Below the pieces are notes generated by a model that saw only the letters and a list, made by a program, of their open reading frames with translations, searched no databases and was not told where the DNA came from. A program made the translations under genes and the position numbers. DNA of 64,000 bases, taken from Octopus vulgaris (lineage: Eukaryota). The DNA lies in contig OX597822.1 in assembly GCA_951406725.2 (NCBI GenBank), forward strand, positions 72,354,001 through 72,418,000. The letters are read 5' to 3'. Each line of letters starts with the position of its first letter. Position 1 is the first letter of the stretch. Shown piece by piece: positions 13,683 to 27,115 of this stretch.

Positions 13683-13878
13683 ATTTGTTTTAGTCATTGG
13701 ACTGCGGCCATGCTGGGGAACAACCCCGAGGCCTTTAGTTAAGCAGATTCCCCTCAGAAGTGATTTTTAAAGCCTAGTATTTATTCTATTTTTCCTCTTT
13801 TTACTGTACTGCTAAGTTACAGGGACGTAAACAAACCATGTGAATCCATGGTGGGAGACAAATATACATACATATGTA

Positions 13879-13939
<61 letters not shown>

Positions 13940-14092
13940 GACTGGCTTCAACACAGTTTCTGTCTACTGAATCCACTTACAAGGCACTGGTCAACCCAGG
14001 GTTATAGGAGACAACAACCAAGATACCACGCAGTGAAACGGAGCCTGGAACCATTTGTTTGGAAAGCAAACTTCTTATCACATAGCCATGTC
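13683..14092 (-). mobile_element. SINE family A, diverged, with internal (TA)n
   Basis: Homology to family A head, body and tail. Confidence 0.8.
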
Positions 14093-14478
14093 TATAATAA
14101 AAATATTAAATTCAAATACTGATGAATATCATTCCTATAGCGTGTTCAATGAAAAGTTCCAGTTGGTTTTATTATATCTAATCTCTCATTCCTAGTTGTG
14201 AATCCAACAAAATCTGGTCTGCAATAAAAAACGTATTTCTGACATATTTTGACCAAAAGTCTTTCAGCCGTACTTTTTAACAGCATAATAACAGTTAAGC
14301 TGAAGCTTTCAAAATAAAATATGATAAATACGACATAGCTGTATTGATACCAGTTTCGTTTACAAGCACGTGATTTCGGGTTCAGTTCCACTCAATGTCT
14401 TCTGCTCTAGCTCCGGACCTACAATTCCTACAACTTCATTGTGAGAGAATTTTGACGAAAACTGTGCAGAAACCTGTC

Positions 14479-14544
<66 letters not shown>

Positions 14545-14549
<5 letters not shown>

Positions 14550-15390
14550 CCTGAAAAAGACAGAGATCATGGGCCAGGACGTCGGAGGGGTCCCCAGCAT
14601 CAGTGTCGGCGACCACAGCATGCAGGTGGTGAACGAGTTAACTTACCTGGGATCGACGGTCTCCAGCAGCCTGTCCCTCGAGCCGGAGCTGAACAGACGG
14701 ATTGGGAAGGCTGCTGCTGCCATGGCTAAGCTCTCCAGGAGAGTGTGGGAAAACAACATGCTCACAATAACCACCAAGATCGCAGTGTACCGAACCTGCG
14801 TGCTGAGCACCCTACTCTACGGCAGCGAGAGCTGGACAACATACACCCGGCAGGAATGCCGCCTCAGCGGCTTCCACATGCGGTGTCTTCGACGGATCCT
14901 TGGCATCTCCTGGAAGGACCGAGTACCAAACGGAGTCATCCTGGAACAGACTAATATGCCAAGCATGTATGCCATCCTCGTGCGGAGACGACTGCGCTGG
15001 CTCGGACACGTCTGCCGCATGCAGGACGGTCGCATGCCTAGAGACATCCTGTACAGCGAACTCACCACGGGATCCCGACCCAAGGGACGTCCACAGCTAC
15101 GATACAGGGACGTGTGCAAGCGCGACCTGAGGACTGCCAACATCTGTGTGGACACGTGGGGGGAAACAGCTGCTGACCGCTCTGCCTGGCGTCGGACGGT
15201 GAGGAAAGGCGTTTCCATGGCTGAGGAGAGGAGAGCACAGCTGTGGTTGGACAGGCGGGACAGGAGGAGGACAACTGCAGCAACACCCCACACGTACCCA
15301 TCGATGTTCGTGTGCAGCAACTGTACCAAGGACTGCCACTCTAGAATTGGACTGTTCAGTCACAGCAGACGCTGCACATCATCAAAGTAG
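14545..15390 (+). CDS. 5'-truncated ORF remnant of an RTE-clade LINE (RT thumb region and C-terminal zinc knuckle), uninterrupted for 281 codons
   Basis: ISLKKTEIMGQ...TYLGSTVS...RIGKAAAAMAKL..RVW...CVLSTLLYGSESWT...FHMRCLRRILGISWKDRVPN...RLRWLGHVCRMQDGRMPRDILYSEL..G.RP.GRPQLRYRDVCKRDL...CSNCTKDCHSRIGLFSHSRRC*. No genuine start codon. Confidence 0.95.
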
Positions 15391-15460
15391 GCCCCACCCT
15401 TGGCGCAACCCATTGTCTATCAAGACAGACGGGGATAAAGAAAAAAGAAAAAAAAAAAAA
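14545..15460 (+). mobile_element. Young RTE-clade LINE insertion into a (TA)n tract
   Basis: ORF remnant plus 3' UTR hairpin (ggcgcaacccattgtctatcaagacagacgg) and A-rich tail; (TA)n on both sides. Confidence 0.93.
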
Positions 15461-15652
15461 TATATATATATATATATACTTCTAATATAGGATAAAATAT
15501 TTTTCCAAATATTTCATCAAAGTGGCCAGCATATTAAAATACATTTATGGTGAAAATTATGAACAATTATAAATAAAGACAAAAGAAAAAAGATTTCTTT
15601 GCCAATATGCTGAGAATGGACTTTAAATCGTCATCACCACATACAATATATA

Positions 15653-15831
15653 CATGACTATGAATACACGTCGTGCTCAAATCGAGCAAGGCTAGCTAAC
15701 AGAATTCTCTACGGATGAGGGAAAATCCGTTGGATTAATCCCGAAATTGATTCAATATAGGGATAACGCATAAAAATTATTCTGTATGCTTGCCTTCCTC
15801 GATTTCAGCACGACGTGTATTCATAGTGGTG
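15653..15831. mobile_element. MITE, about 40-bp TIRs, TA target-site duplication
   Basis: ca(tg)actatgaatacacgtcgtgctcaaatcgagcaaggc versus gccttcctcgatttcagcacgacgtgtattcatagt(gg)tg. TA at 15651-15652 and 15832-15833. Confidence 0.85.
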
Positions 15832-16052
15832 TATATTGTATGTGGTGATTGACGATTTAAAGTCTGTTCTCAGCATATATGCATAGAAATCGTTTTTATT
15901 TTGCCCTTATTTATATATATATTTGTATTTGTGTGTACATATATATATATAAACTTAGATAAACTTAGATATGTTTCGACCAAAGATTGGTCCAGGCCAT
16001 GTCTAACTTAATAGCACCACCTGATAGGATTATTCGAATCCTGTTTAAGTCA

Positions 16053-16139
16053 AGTTTTGTTCAAGTAGTGAGTTCTTGTTGGGTGAGTTGTATCCAGTTT
16101 TGTTCAAGTAGTGAGTTCTTGTTGGGTGAGTTGTATCCA
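16053..16139 (+). repeat. Exact 43-bp tandem duplication
   Basis: agttttgttcaagtagtgagttcttgttgggtgagttgtatcc occurs twice in tandem. Confidence 0.93.
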
Positions 16140-16401
16140 ATTATGGGTGGCTTATCTGGTACTGTTCCGTAATGTAACATTCAACAAAAAGGTGCCCCAT
16201 TTGGTGAGAGATAAATATTATTTTGACCTTCCGCGTTTTCTATATACTGCCTTCTCAGAATTTTACGTTTTTTGTATTATTAAATTTTTTTTAGTTCGTC
16301 ATACTATGTGGTTTGCATCTGATGAATAAGTTCGGGATTTTTTCTCAACGTATGAAACGATCAGTAGTTCTTAAAGACATGTATTGTGTCCTTTAAACAA
16401 A

Positions 16402-16482
<81 letters not shown>

Positions 16483-16524
16483 TGTGGATGGGTGAGTGGG
16501 TGTGTGGGTGTGTTTTTGTGTATG

Positions 16525-16745
16525 TGTGTGAATTTATGTCTCCGTGTGTTTGTCTACCCCATCTCTTGACAAATGGTGTTGATTTTTTTAGTCTTGTAAC
16601 TTATTGACTGGCCACAAGAAACTGATAGAATAAGAAGCAGGTTATAAAGCAAATACAATCTGGTGTCAATTTAATTAACTAAACCTTTGAGGAGGGTGCC
16701 GTATCATGGTCGCAGTCCAATGGCTGAAACAGATAATAGAACCAA
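16525..16745 (+). mobile_element. SINE family A 3' half, decayed
   Basis: tttgtctacccc...cttgacaaatggtgttg...gtgccgtatcatggtcgcagtccaatggctgaaacag. Confidence 0.7.
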
Positions 16746-17239
16746 AGGACGAAGGGCAATGCGCATATCGGCAAAAATTATCTTTTTCAGTCCTAGTGTA
16801 GCAAATATTGTTGTATATGAAATGCAGAACCATTTCCTTATTTTGTATAGATAACACAAAACATTTCCACAAGAATACAACGAAAGTTATTTAGTTCTAC
16901 ACTAACATTGCCACTTCAATATCAATGATCACCAGAAAAAGTTATATAAACACAAATACACAGAAGTATGTACCCCTATGTATACGAAACAGCAGAATCA
17001 CTACTTCTTGTCTTTACGATAGAAAACACCTCAGCTAAACCATCTTCTAACGTTACAAAGAGTAATGAGAGAAATCAGTACATCACGTCTATACTCAACA
17101 TCGAAAATAATGGTTTCGTGTGATTAAGCGAAGAACTCCTGAATAGCTACTCTGAATGAACAGTTGTTTCATGTGAACCAAAGGGAGGTAGACAAACCTA
17201 AAAAAAGACAAACTTATATGAGAAATACTCATCATAGAA

Positions 17240-17900
17240 TCAGAAAGTTATGCATGGGTACATATCTCGCTAAAAGAGAATATTAATATTATTGACAAGG
17301 ACGGTAGCTTCTGGACTTGCGATAGAATCATCATGCCTCAACTATAAGACTACACCTTTGGTATCCAGGAACTTGAGATACTTAATAAATACCTGATCAA
17401 GAAGGTTAATAATGATGCCTCGAAGCCCCTGTCTATATAATTATGGGTAGATGTACATTCCTTAACTATTCCATGACAAGATGTAACGATAAGACTCACT
17501 ACAACATATTCATACACGCATGCACGAGAGCATAAAAGATATCACCCAAATCTATAGCAGCTGTTCAAAAATGCAAAGTATTTCCATGAAATATAACATT
17601 GTCACTAAAAGCATCTACAATACTATCCGCGAGAGGAATTATCCTGAAGATCATACCAAAAGCATACGAAAACTACTGGTGAATCGTTCCAATAAAAAAC
17701 AAGAAACTAATGTTAAAACAATTGACTAAATGTTGGTCAATGGAACAGGAAGCAAAAAAAAAATCATATACTGTTGTAGTGATCAGTTGTCTGATGGATG
17801 TGAATGTTTCATCAAAAATTGTAGAAACAGAGAAAACCTACGAAGTAATGAGAAACTACCACCATGGATGCACTGGACTATGTAGCAACGGATTTACATA
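17240..17900 (+). mobile_element. Decayed R4/Dong-like non-LTR fragment (CCHC region and REL endonuclease)
   Basis: MHGYIS...IDKDGSFWTCDRII...GIQELEILNKYLIKK...ESIKDITQIYSSCSKM...NIVTKSIYNTIRE...YTVVVISCLMDVNVSSKIVETEKTY, with stops and frameshifts. Confidence 0.75.
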
Positions 17901-18001
17901 AAAGTCTGAAAATGCTGGTTTTCTCAAAGAAAGATCGAAGCAACCTGATTATCTCGTTATATTTCTGTACAATCTCTTGACATTTCAAAACGTAGCAGAT
18001 T

Positions 18002-18240
18002 TTATACTCTTTTACTTATACTCTTTTACTCTTTTACTTATACTCTTTTACTCTTTTACTTGTTTCAGTCGTTTGACTGTGGCCATGCTGGAGCACCGCC
18101 TTTAGTCGAACAAATTGACCCCAGGACTTATCCTTTGTAAGCCTAGTACTTATTCTATCGGTATCTTATGCCGAACCGCTAAGTTACGAGGACGTAAACA
18201 CACCAGCATCGGTTATCAAGCGATGTTGGGGGACAAACAC

Positions 18241-18288
<48 letters not shown>

Positions 18289-18458
18289 TATATACAACGG
18301 GCTTCTTTCAGTTTCTGTCTACCAAATCCACTCACAAGGCTTTGGTCGGCTTGAGGCTATAGTAGAAGACACTTGCCCGAGGTGCCATGCTGTGGGATTG
18401 AACCCGGAACCATGTGGTTGGTAAGCAAGCTACTTACCACACAGCCACTCCTACGCCT
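18002..18458 (-). mobile_element. SINE family A, full length, with extended (AAAAGAGT)n-type tail
   Basis: Head taggcgtaggagtggctgtgtggtaagtagc; internal (CA)n; tandem tail repeats at 18002-18060. Confidence 0.93.
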
Positions 18459-18944
18459 ACATGTTCATTATAAATTTGTTGTTAACATAACACTTAGTGT
18501 ACTGGTTATATGTTAACTCTGTTCTACCCTTAGATGTGTTTAAACAGGACAGAGGAATAATTTCTTTTAACTCGGTATATCCTTATGTGGTTATCATCAC
18601 AGTTAAAAAAAATAAAAGCAATCTCTAAGCTCTACTCTGTTTTCATTAACTCACGGCTTCCACAAGCACCTCTCCAACACAAAACATACATTTTTAATGG
18701 ACTTCAGTTTAATCACATCAATAAGTTATCCATGACTGCTTTCATTCCCGCCACTAACACAGATCCGTAAAGGTATTCCACGTCATCTCGAACATTCTCT
18801 ATTCACTTTGTGTCTGTTTTTATTGTAACGATTCCTAAATCTACTTCGCTATTCCATGATTGATGATAAATATATTTACATTTTTATTTCTCCTATGTGG
18901 TGAGTCATAATTCATCAATACCTTTACCAAATAACTTTCCATCG

Positions 18945-19340
18945 CCGTCGTCGTCGGCCTCCTCCTCCTCCTCCTCCTCCTCCTCCTCCTCTACCTCTAC
19001 CTATTCCATCTTCTCTTCCTCCTCATCATCAACCACATCATCACCGCCATCGTTATCCTCATCGTCATCATCATCGTCATCATCATCATCATCAACCACA
19101 TCGTCATCATCATCATCATCATCTCCACACTATCATCGTCACTGCCATAATATATCTATCACCATCTCCTTCACTCCTCCTCCTCCTCCTCCTCTACATC
19201 CCAACCCTCCTCTTCTACATTACGTTCCCTCCTCTTTTATACTATTCTCCTCTTCTTTTCTTGCCCCATCTTCTTCCCTACTACCAAAACCACCACCACC
19301 ATCACAACCAGTACTACTACTACTACTCACCGTCGTCATC
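18945..19340. repeat. (TCC/TCA/CTA)n compound trinucleotide low-complexity tract
   Basis: Direct reading. Confidence 0.92.
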
Positions 19341-20004
19341 GTCACCTCCACATATTGCATCTATATGCCATTCCATTTTCTTCAGATCTTTCTCATTCTT
19401 GTTTTCTCCTTTCATCGTTGTCCATCTATTCGCCATCGTTAACACATTCTTTAATAATGTTCTTATTAGTTATTTCCTTTTTTTTTTATTTTACATACTA
19501 ATAATGTTTACCATGCCTGTTCTTTCAACATCGATTCTGTGTAATTTGTCAAAGCAATGTCTGATCACCCATCGCGCTTGTGGCAAATAATGTAATGCTT
19601 ATTATCATTATTATCCCAATTATTCTTATTGACTCGCTGGTCATATTTCACATTATGGTGAAAACAACAACAAGAACAACAGAAAAACAACTTTAGAACA
19701 AACAAATAAATGTAGCCTCACTATCTGAATATTCGGAGTGCACAATTATAAGGTTTCTCTTAAGTAAGGCAGTATGTAAACATGATTTATTATCGTAAAC
19801 GAAAAAGATTTATTTAACAAATCGGAAATGTGACAAAGATTTAATGAAGTTAATGGATGGGATTATTACCTATCAGAATACAATATATGTCAGGATACAT
19901 ATATTTCTGATCGTGTATCAGTTTCTGATCGTGCTTTTTGCGTGGGCGTCCCTTTAATATTTCTTTACACACACTCGCACACACAGACACACAGACACAC
20001 ACAC

Positions 20005-20094
<90 letters not shown>

Positions 20095-20104
20095 CTCTCT
20101 CTCT

Positions 20105-20189
<85 letters not shown>

Positions 20190-20190
20190 C
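20005..20190. repeat. (CTAT)n/(CT)n/(AT)n compound microsatellite
   Basis: Direct reading. Confidence 0.96.
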
Positions 20191-20589
20191 ATACGAGTGA
20201 GTGGAATAACGAAAGAAGGGCTGTCAATATTAAGTGAATATCAAAATCGGTGCCAACACCTGATATTCTTGCAGTGTATGCAGATAATACGACCCAGCTG
20301 AGTGAAGAGATCCGCTCCTGGTTATTCAGACTTTATATTAAAATATCATTTATATTCTGGCAACAAAATACCAACAGAATCAGTGTAAATATTTTGACTC
20401 CGTGCACTTGTGACTACGTTTAATCAATTGAATTGTCCTTTATGTTTGAAGTTCATGCAGTCATCTGACGAAATCGGTTTCTTTGCAATGATGTAAAGTT
20501 ATCATTTATCAATTAAAGGAGCCACTTGAAACGGCCGTAATGAATTGACATCTGTACCTTTACGTTACTTATTTATATATATATATACT

Positions 20590-20756
20590 TAAGACGGGCT
20601 TCCCAGTAATTTCCCACTACGGAATTCACTCATTAGACATTAGTGGAACCTGGGGAAGTGTAGAGGTCACGTGTCCAAATTTTCGCGAACTGGGACTGAA
20701 CACGAAACCACGTAATTGGGAAACCAACTTCTTTTCCGGACAGCTACGCCTACGCT
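20590..20756 (-). mobile_element. SINE family A 5' half, heavily decayed
   Basis: gacgggcttcc...gggactgaacacgaaaccacg...cagctacgcctacgc. Confidence 0.6.
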
Positions 20757-22036
20757 TTTAGTTTACTCGCTTCAGAAATCACATAACCGACTTGCTTTTT
20801 CCGTTTGGTACATTTAATACTCTCGTATGCTATGAGACAATGTGATAAGTACAACGTCGTCACTGGCATACATAATAACTAAAACATCAAATAGTAAAGA
20901 ATTCTCCAAGACAGATTAGTGAAATCTGATTTGCTGATACATTGACGTTGGGAGATAAAAAAGACGGATTAACTTTGAAGAACAGCAACTATCACGTCTT
21001 TGCTTTTGGATTAATTTTTTTTCTTTATTTTGGCAAAAAGAACAAAAAAACCTATCCCACATTTGTAATTATTCAATATACTCCTTTTTCATTGTCGATA
21101 TAATTCATGGATTTTTTTCTAGAGAAAACATTGTCATTTGCATGTGTCATATGATGAAATGTGAGTTGTTCAACTACTCAACTAACTCGTTCGTGGCATT
21201 GATTCCTGAAAATGAAATAGTTTTTCTCTTTCATGTCGGCTGGAATTCAACGGATATTGAATAATGAATATTCAAAAAAGAATCGGAATAACGTAAATTG
21301 AAAGTGGAGAATGAAGATCCAAGTTATAAAGAAAATCCAAATTCTTCGTAGTTTATCAACATGCAAGAAAGAACAGACAAATCTTCCTCATATCACTTGC
21401 ATCTAATCAGATTGAAATCTAAAGAAAGGGGACGTTAAAAAGTTTGGACCTTGAAGAAAAGTTTGACCATAAAAGAAGAGACGAGCAGACGGAATGGGCA
21501 CAGCTGGAACCAATGGAACTTCTATAATCATTTAGATTAATTAATTAGGGCTGAATTGAGATTAAATGTCAATAGAAATAACATTTCAGTATAGGGAACA
21601 TCAAAGGCAGCGAGCTGGCAGTTTCGTTCGCACGTTTTTATGTTCTTTCGGGGTCAATAACATTACCAGTTGAGAACTTACTCTCCTCTGAATCTGCTAG
21701 CCTCGTGCCAAAAATTGAAACCAATATGAAGGACACACGCACATATGAACAGTGCAATATAAAGAGAAACTTGCTAACCACTTCCTTGTCCAAGTGTTAC
21801 CAATTAAAAGCTCCGCATACCAAACGCCGACAGCTTTCAGAGGTCATCAGGGAAGAAAGCGCATCATTTCAAGTTCTTCCGCTTGACGGCTTTACAGCGC
21901 ATCGGCCCATTCACTGATGTAAGGCTCAATCTACTGGATCGACTCACCAGTATTTAAGCATCGACATTAGATCAGAAGACATTCATTTTGGGACAATGAG
22001 TACCATTAAAACTCTAAAGTGATGCAGGCACGACAT

Positions 22037-22252
22037 ACAAGGGGCTAAACACAGAGGGGACAAACAAGGACAGACAAACGGATTAAGTCGATTACATCGA
22101 CCCCAGTGCGTAACTGGTACTTAATTTATCGACCCCGAAAGGATGAAAGGCAAAGTCGACCTCGGCGGAATTTGAACTCAGAACGTAACGGCAGACGAAA
22201 TACGGCTACGCATTTCGCCCGGCGTGCTAACGTTTCTGCCAGCTCACCGCCC
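22037..22252 (-). mobile_element. SINE family B, head plus one internal-type unit, young
   Basis: Very similar to 4270-4483. Confidence 0.93.
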
Positions 22253-23504
22253 TAAAGAGAAACAGATACTTGCCTCACACCTATACCACACTTGTTTCAT
22301 CTTCCTTTCTCACCTACTTCCGCCGAACTTTGCAGCTGGCTACTTCTTACCTCCCTCCTTTACTCAAAATTGTTCAACACCTGTCTCTATCGTGATTACG
22401 AGCTTTTTCAGCATATCTTGCACTCCTCTTTTCTTTTTATAAATCTTCTCGCATTCTTTCTCTTCAAAACTTTTGTATCAAAAAGGTACAGTTTACACGA
22501 GATCTTGATCTGCCAGAAACAGCTGCCAAATCTAAAGATATCACACAACAAAGCTTAAAAATGAAGAATTACGAAGTCTTATATACATCATGCCCGTAAA
22601 AATTGTCATGATGATCCAGCTGAAATGATGTTGGTCATATTTATCATCCACCAGGGAAAAACACAGGTTAAAAATAAAACAAAACAAAGAAAAACTTGCC
22701 AATAAGGAACCACGTGTGCCATTATCTAATATGAAGAAAAGAACAGCCGAATCTTTTTGCATTCCCACAACGCATGTAGCAGCGTGTCCATTTCTTTTTT
22801 TAACGGATCAGATTCCTTTCAAGTGCTCCTCTTAATACCAGCGGACGATTGTTGGTTTGGTATAGCATTGTGGCTAAAATTACGGGTATACATATATGCA
22901 TACACCCATACATACACACAAACCCATGCACATGTATGTATTTCTTTGTGTGTAAATGTGTGTATGTATGTATGTGTTTATGTATGTGTGTGTTTATGTA
23001 TGTGTGTGTGTGTGTGTGTAAGTGTAGCCATAAACAGAGGTTATATTTCATCATAGGACTCTACAGAATTGCAGATATTAAAAATATACATACCTATATA
23101 CAAACATCCAGCAATAAATTTAGAGAATGATTTTGCAATAAATCATAGCTAAAAAAGAAGACTGAAAAAAAAAGCACAATTCCGGAGAGACTTGTATTGA
23201 AAATGCGCACCTTAGATCACTTAGCAACATTTTGTGCTATCAAATCCTATATGAGAATATAGAGGATTATTTATGATGTTCGTATATCAGTAAATGTCAG
23301 GTCTCCAATTTGCAACTAAATGATGCTTTCTTGGAGCATTAACGAGACTTTTTTTTTCATCGTGTGGACATTATGTTTATATATATTAAACTAAAAATGA
23401 ATATTTCTATAATACAAAGGCACACTTCATATTAATATTTCTGCAAGTAGAGGGGATGGTTATCTGTCTTGCATTAACGGCCATAGCTAGAGGGAATCGC
23501 ATAT

Positions 23505-23743
<239 letters not shown>

Positions 23744-23835
23744 TGATGTGAGTTTTTGTTACCACGTGTGGAATTTGTATATATATATATTAAACTAAAA
23801 CTGAATAATTCTGTATTACAAAGGCTTATATAATT

Positions 23836-24222
23836 CGGATGCCGGGTAACCAGATCTCAAAGTCGGTCCTCTTCAGCGAGATCGAGACTGGAAGTAGTTC
23901 ACCTGGACGTCGAAAACTTCATTTTCATCAAAATCTCAAGCAGTTTCTCATTAATAGATTTTAACACTTGGCTGTTAATCGGAAGTCTGTTAATCGTCCG
24001 TGTGTGACGCCGGAGTAGAGCGCTTTGAGACTGAACGCAGGAGACTGTATGCAGAGAGGAGGAGAGGTCGTTCTCAATTCCCCAGCAGCTGCTGTTCGGA
24101 GTCACTTTCAGTACCACTGGTTCTGTCTACCTAATATCGGTCACGTCAGCCACGTCCGTCCTCATGTGCAGGAGAAAGGGGAAGGTGAATGTCCTAGATC
24201 GACGCCGTCATTACCTTTGACA
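23836..24222 (+). mobile_element. Decayed RTE-clade LINE 3' end
   Basis: [34 protein letters not shown]...GVERFETERRRLYAERRR...CLPNIGHVSHVRPH, then a 3' UTR gtcctagatcgacgccgtc. Confidence 0.8.
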
Positions 24223-24384
24223 GGTAGGATACATACATCCGCCCCCCCCCCCCCCACGTAATTGAGTGTCAGTTTCGCATGGAATTTAATGCTCATCAGT
24301 AATATACCATAGCAGGTAGCGAAGCTTAATTATAACATGTCAGAATATATATATGTCAGAATATATATATATACATTTTGTAAC

Positions 24385-24551
24385 TTTACCTGATCGCTCT
24401 TTATCAATAAGGCTACAATCTCCAGCTCGGAACCTTGCGAACAACTTCCGTACAGTTCTTTCGGATAAAGAAACATCACCGTAAACTACGCATATTTCTT
24501 TCGTTGTTTGTGAGGCACCACGTACCGAAAATGAACTTTTTTATCTTCCAT
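24385..24551 (-). mobile_element. Mariner transposase N-terminal (HTH) fragment
   Basis: MEDKKVHFRY/ASQTTKEICVVYGDVSLSERTVRKLFARFRAGDCSLIDKERSGK matches the Mos1-type N-terminus (...ERTVR.WF.RF..G...L.D..RSGRP). Confidence 0.78.
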
Positions 24552-24856
24552 TTTAAAGGGTTACAGAATTAACACAAGATATAGGAACATAAATCTTCTT
24601 CCACGAAAAGATAGCTTAAACTGTGCTCTAAATGGTGTAGTCAAATCCTATTTTATGGACCCAACCATGTTCTAAAAATAAGTCGAAAGGTAAGCCACTA
24701 TAAATCGGCACGAACTTTCCGGACAACCCAATAGTTTATTTCAATATTGTAAACTTGTAAAAACTGCAAATAATAAAACCTGAAAACCAGGCTAAGTTGG
24801 AATTTCGTTGATCAATATATTCTTATATAAACAATCATACAAACTCGGATATAAAC

Positions 24857-24887
<31 letters not shown>

Positions 24888-25133
24888 TGTATGTATGTAT
24901 GTATGTATGTATGTATGTATGTATGTATGTATGTCATCATACAGTTTTATTTCAAGATTTCTTGTCACTAAAGAAAGAGCCGGTTTCTAACCTAGATTTA
25001 AAACTCCTTCATTGGAATTTCAACATCAATAGGATAATATTTGCATGTAGGCATATATATGTGCCGTATTTGGAGTCAATGAATGTGCAGATTTGTATGT
25101 TTTATTTTATGTTCTTATGTTTGTATGTATTTA

Positions 25134-25167
<34 letters not shown>

Positions 25168-25704
25168 CGCGTGTGTGTTTGTATATCCAGTCCTCCCGAG
25201 CGCAGAACTAATATGCCTGATTGTTGTTCCATTATTTTTGTTTTATGTAACTTTGAACTACACACACACAAACACACACACACACGCACACACACACACA
25301 CACGCACAAACACACACACACGCGCACAAACATACACACACACACATACGCACGTACAAACACACACACGCACACACAGACAAACAATCAACTAACAATT
25401 ATTTTATTCGTTGTTTCTAATGCTTGCAATAGAAACATCAATGCAATAAATGAAATGGAATGAAGTACATCACATAAACGTTACAATTCTAAGTTTGTTT
25501 TTCGTGTTTTACCTATAAAGTTCTTTATATTCATGGACAGAATTCGCCACTTCGATTATAATTGAATTTCTTCCGCATGAATTAATTGCATTCTTCTAAT
25601 CACTAAATAAAATCATTTGGAAAGTGATAGGTAGAAATGAAGACATGGGGTTATTTTTGAGATTTTGAATTATGGTTTTAATTTTAGTGAATAAATGATG
25701 ATTT

Positions 25705-25802
<98 letters not shown>

Positions 25803-25894
25803 GGAATTAAGAAGCGGGCATTTTGAACTAGTCATGATACATACGTGCATATATATGTATGTATACGTTCGTAAATGTAAGTATTCGTATGTTG

Positions 25895-25964
<70 letters not shown>

Positions 25965-26288
25965 TATTTATGTCTCTCTTATATTCCACTGATGAAGCAA
26001 AGCATTCCTAAATGCAAATCCAGAAATCTGGGATCTGGAATTATCCAGTAATCTTTTACTAGTTTTATTTTGTCTTTTTGTCTTCTCTCTGTGTGCTATA
26101 TGAACAGTTTAAGGTGGTTTTTGAGTCAGATCATGGCTGCTATTTTCAGCATGGCGGTATCTCGTAGATACCCTAAGTTATAATTTCATATATATATATG
26201 TATGTATATATATACATATATAGGTGTGTGGCTGTGTATTTGTGCGTGTGTTTGTGTGTGTATATATGTAGAAATGCAGTTATATATA

Positions 26289-26514
26289 CAATGGGACCCT
26301 CGATGTACGAATTTAATTCGTTCCTGAACGCCGTTCGTCACCCGAGCCTATTTTCATCGTAGGAAATTCGTAAGAAAGCACGGAAAATTCGAGGAGGGAT
26401 GAGCGAGGAGCGAAAGTTAGTCAGCAGATGTACTTTTCTCGCTGATATTCTCAGCCTGGCACCAACCGTTGATGCCTGCTAACGAGTCGTTACTCGAGAT
26501 AACTTTCTTTACTG
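26289..26514. mobile_element. Non-autonomous pogo/Tigger-like element, TA TSD
   Basis: ta|caatgggaccctcgatgtacg ... cgttactcgagataactttctttactg|ta. Confidence 0.65.
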
Positions 26515-26939
26515 TAAACCGATTTGTTTGTGATGAGAAGCGTTCGTAGACCGACGTCCCAGCAAAAAAACAAAATAAAAAAAAAACAGTCTTGGGGAGG
26601 TGAATATACCATACAAATATACCGAATTTATTGCTCTTGACAGAAATAAATAAAGATCTGCTCTACAGTAAAGGATTTGGAAGAAAACAAAAAGAAAGTA
26701 TACAACAATGAAAAGAGAACCACGGAAAAATAACACCTTGCTAAACACACAAAGAAATTCATCCCTCAGTCGCTCAACGTGAGGTAAGACTTGCCTTTTT
26801 AAGGCTAGCTTTACTCTACATCTCAGAACTCATCTTCATACAGCTGGGTCAAATGACGCAGACTTCATTCTAGCAGACATGCTCATATGTCATATTTTTA
26901 AATCAGACTTGTAAGTCCCGCTGCTTGTCGAAGAAGGTA

Positions 26940-27115
26940 TTTAAATATCATAAATCAGACAGCGTAAACGAAACTGTGTGACCAGTGGTGACATATATTT
27001 CCACTGTTTGTAATGCAAATTTCAAACAGTTCTCAAGACTCAAAAGCCACTTATATGCCCATGCAAGGAAAATGCAAGTCTGGCAAGAAGTGGTCAAGCT
27101 TCGATTAGGACATAA
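26940..27115 (+). mobile_element. Possible very old RTE 3' end
   Basis: YISTVCNANFKQFSRLKSHLYAH resembles a degenerate terminal C..C...F...GL.SH...H knuckle. Confidence 0.35.

Noticed and set aside
14395-14544. N-terminal 50 aa of the 331-aa ORF
   Set aside because: Chance read-through of flank and (TA)n into the truncated RTE; not a native start or fusion gene.
18897-19590. Ser/Pro/His-rich ORFs
   Set aside because: Compound trinucleotide repeats with no splice or homology support.
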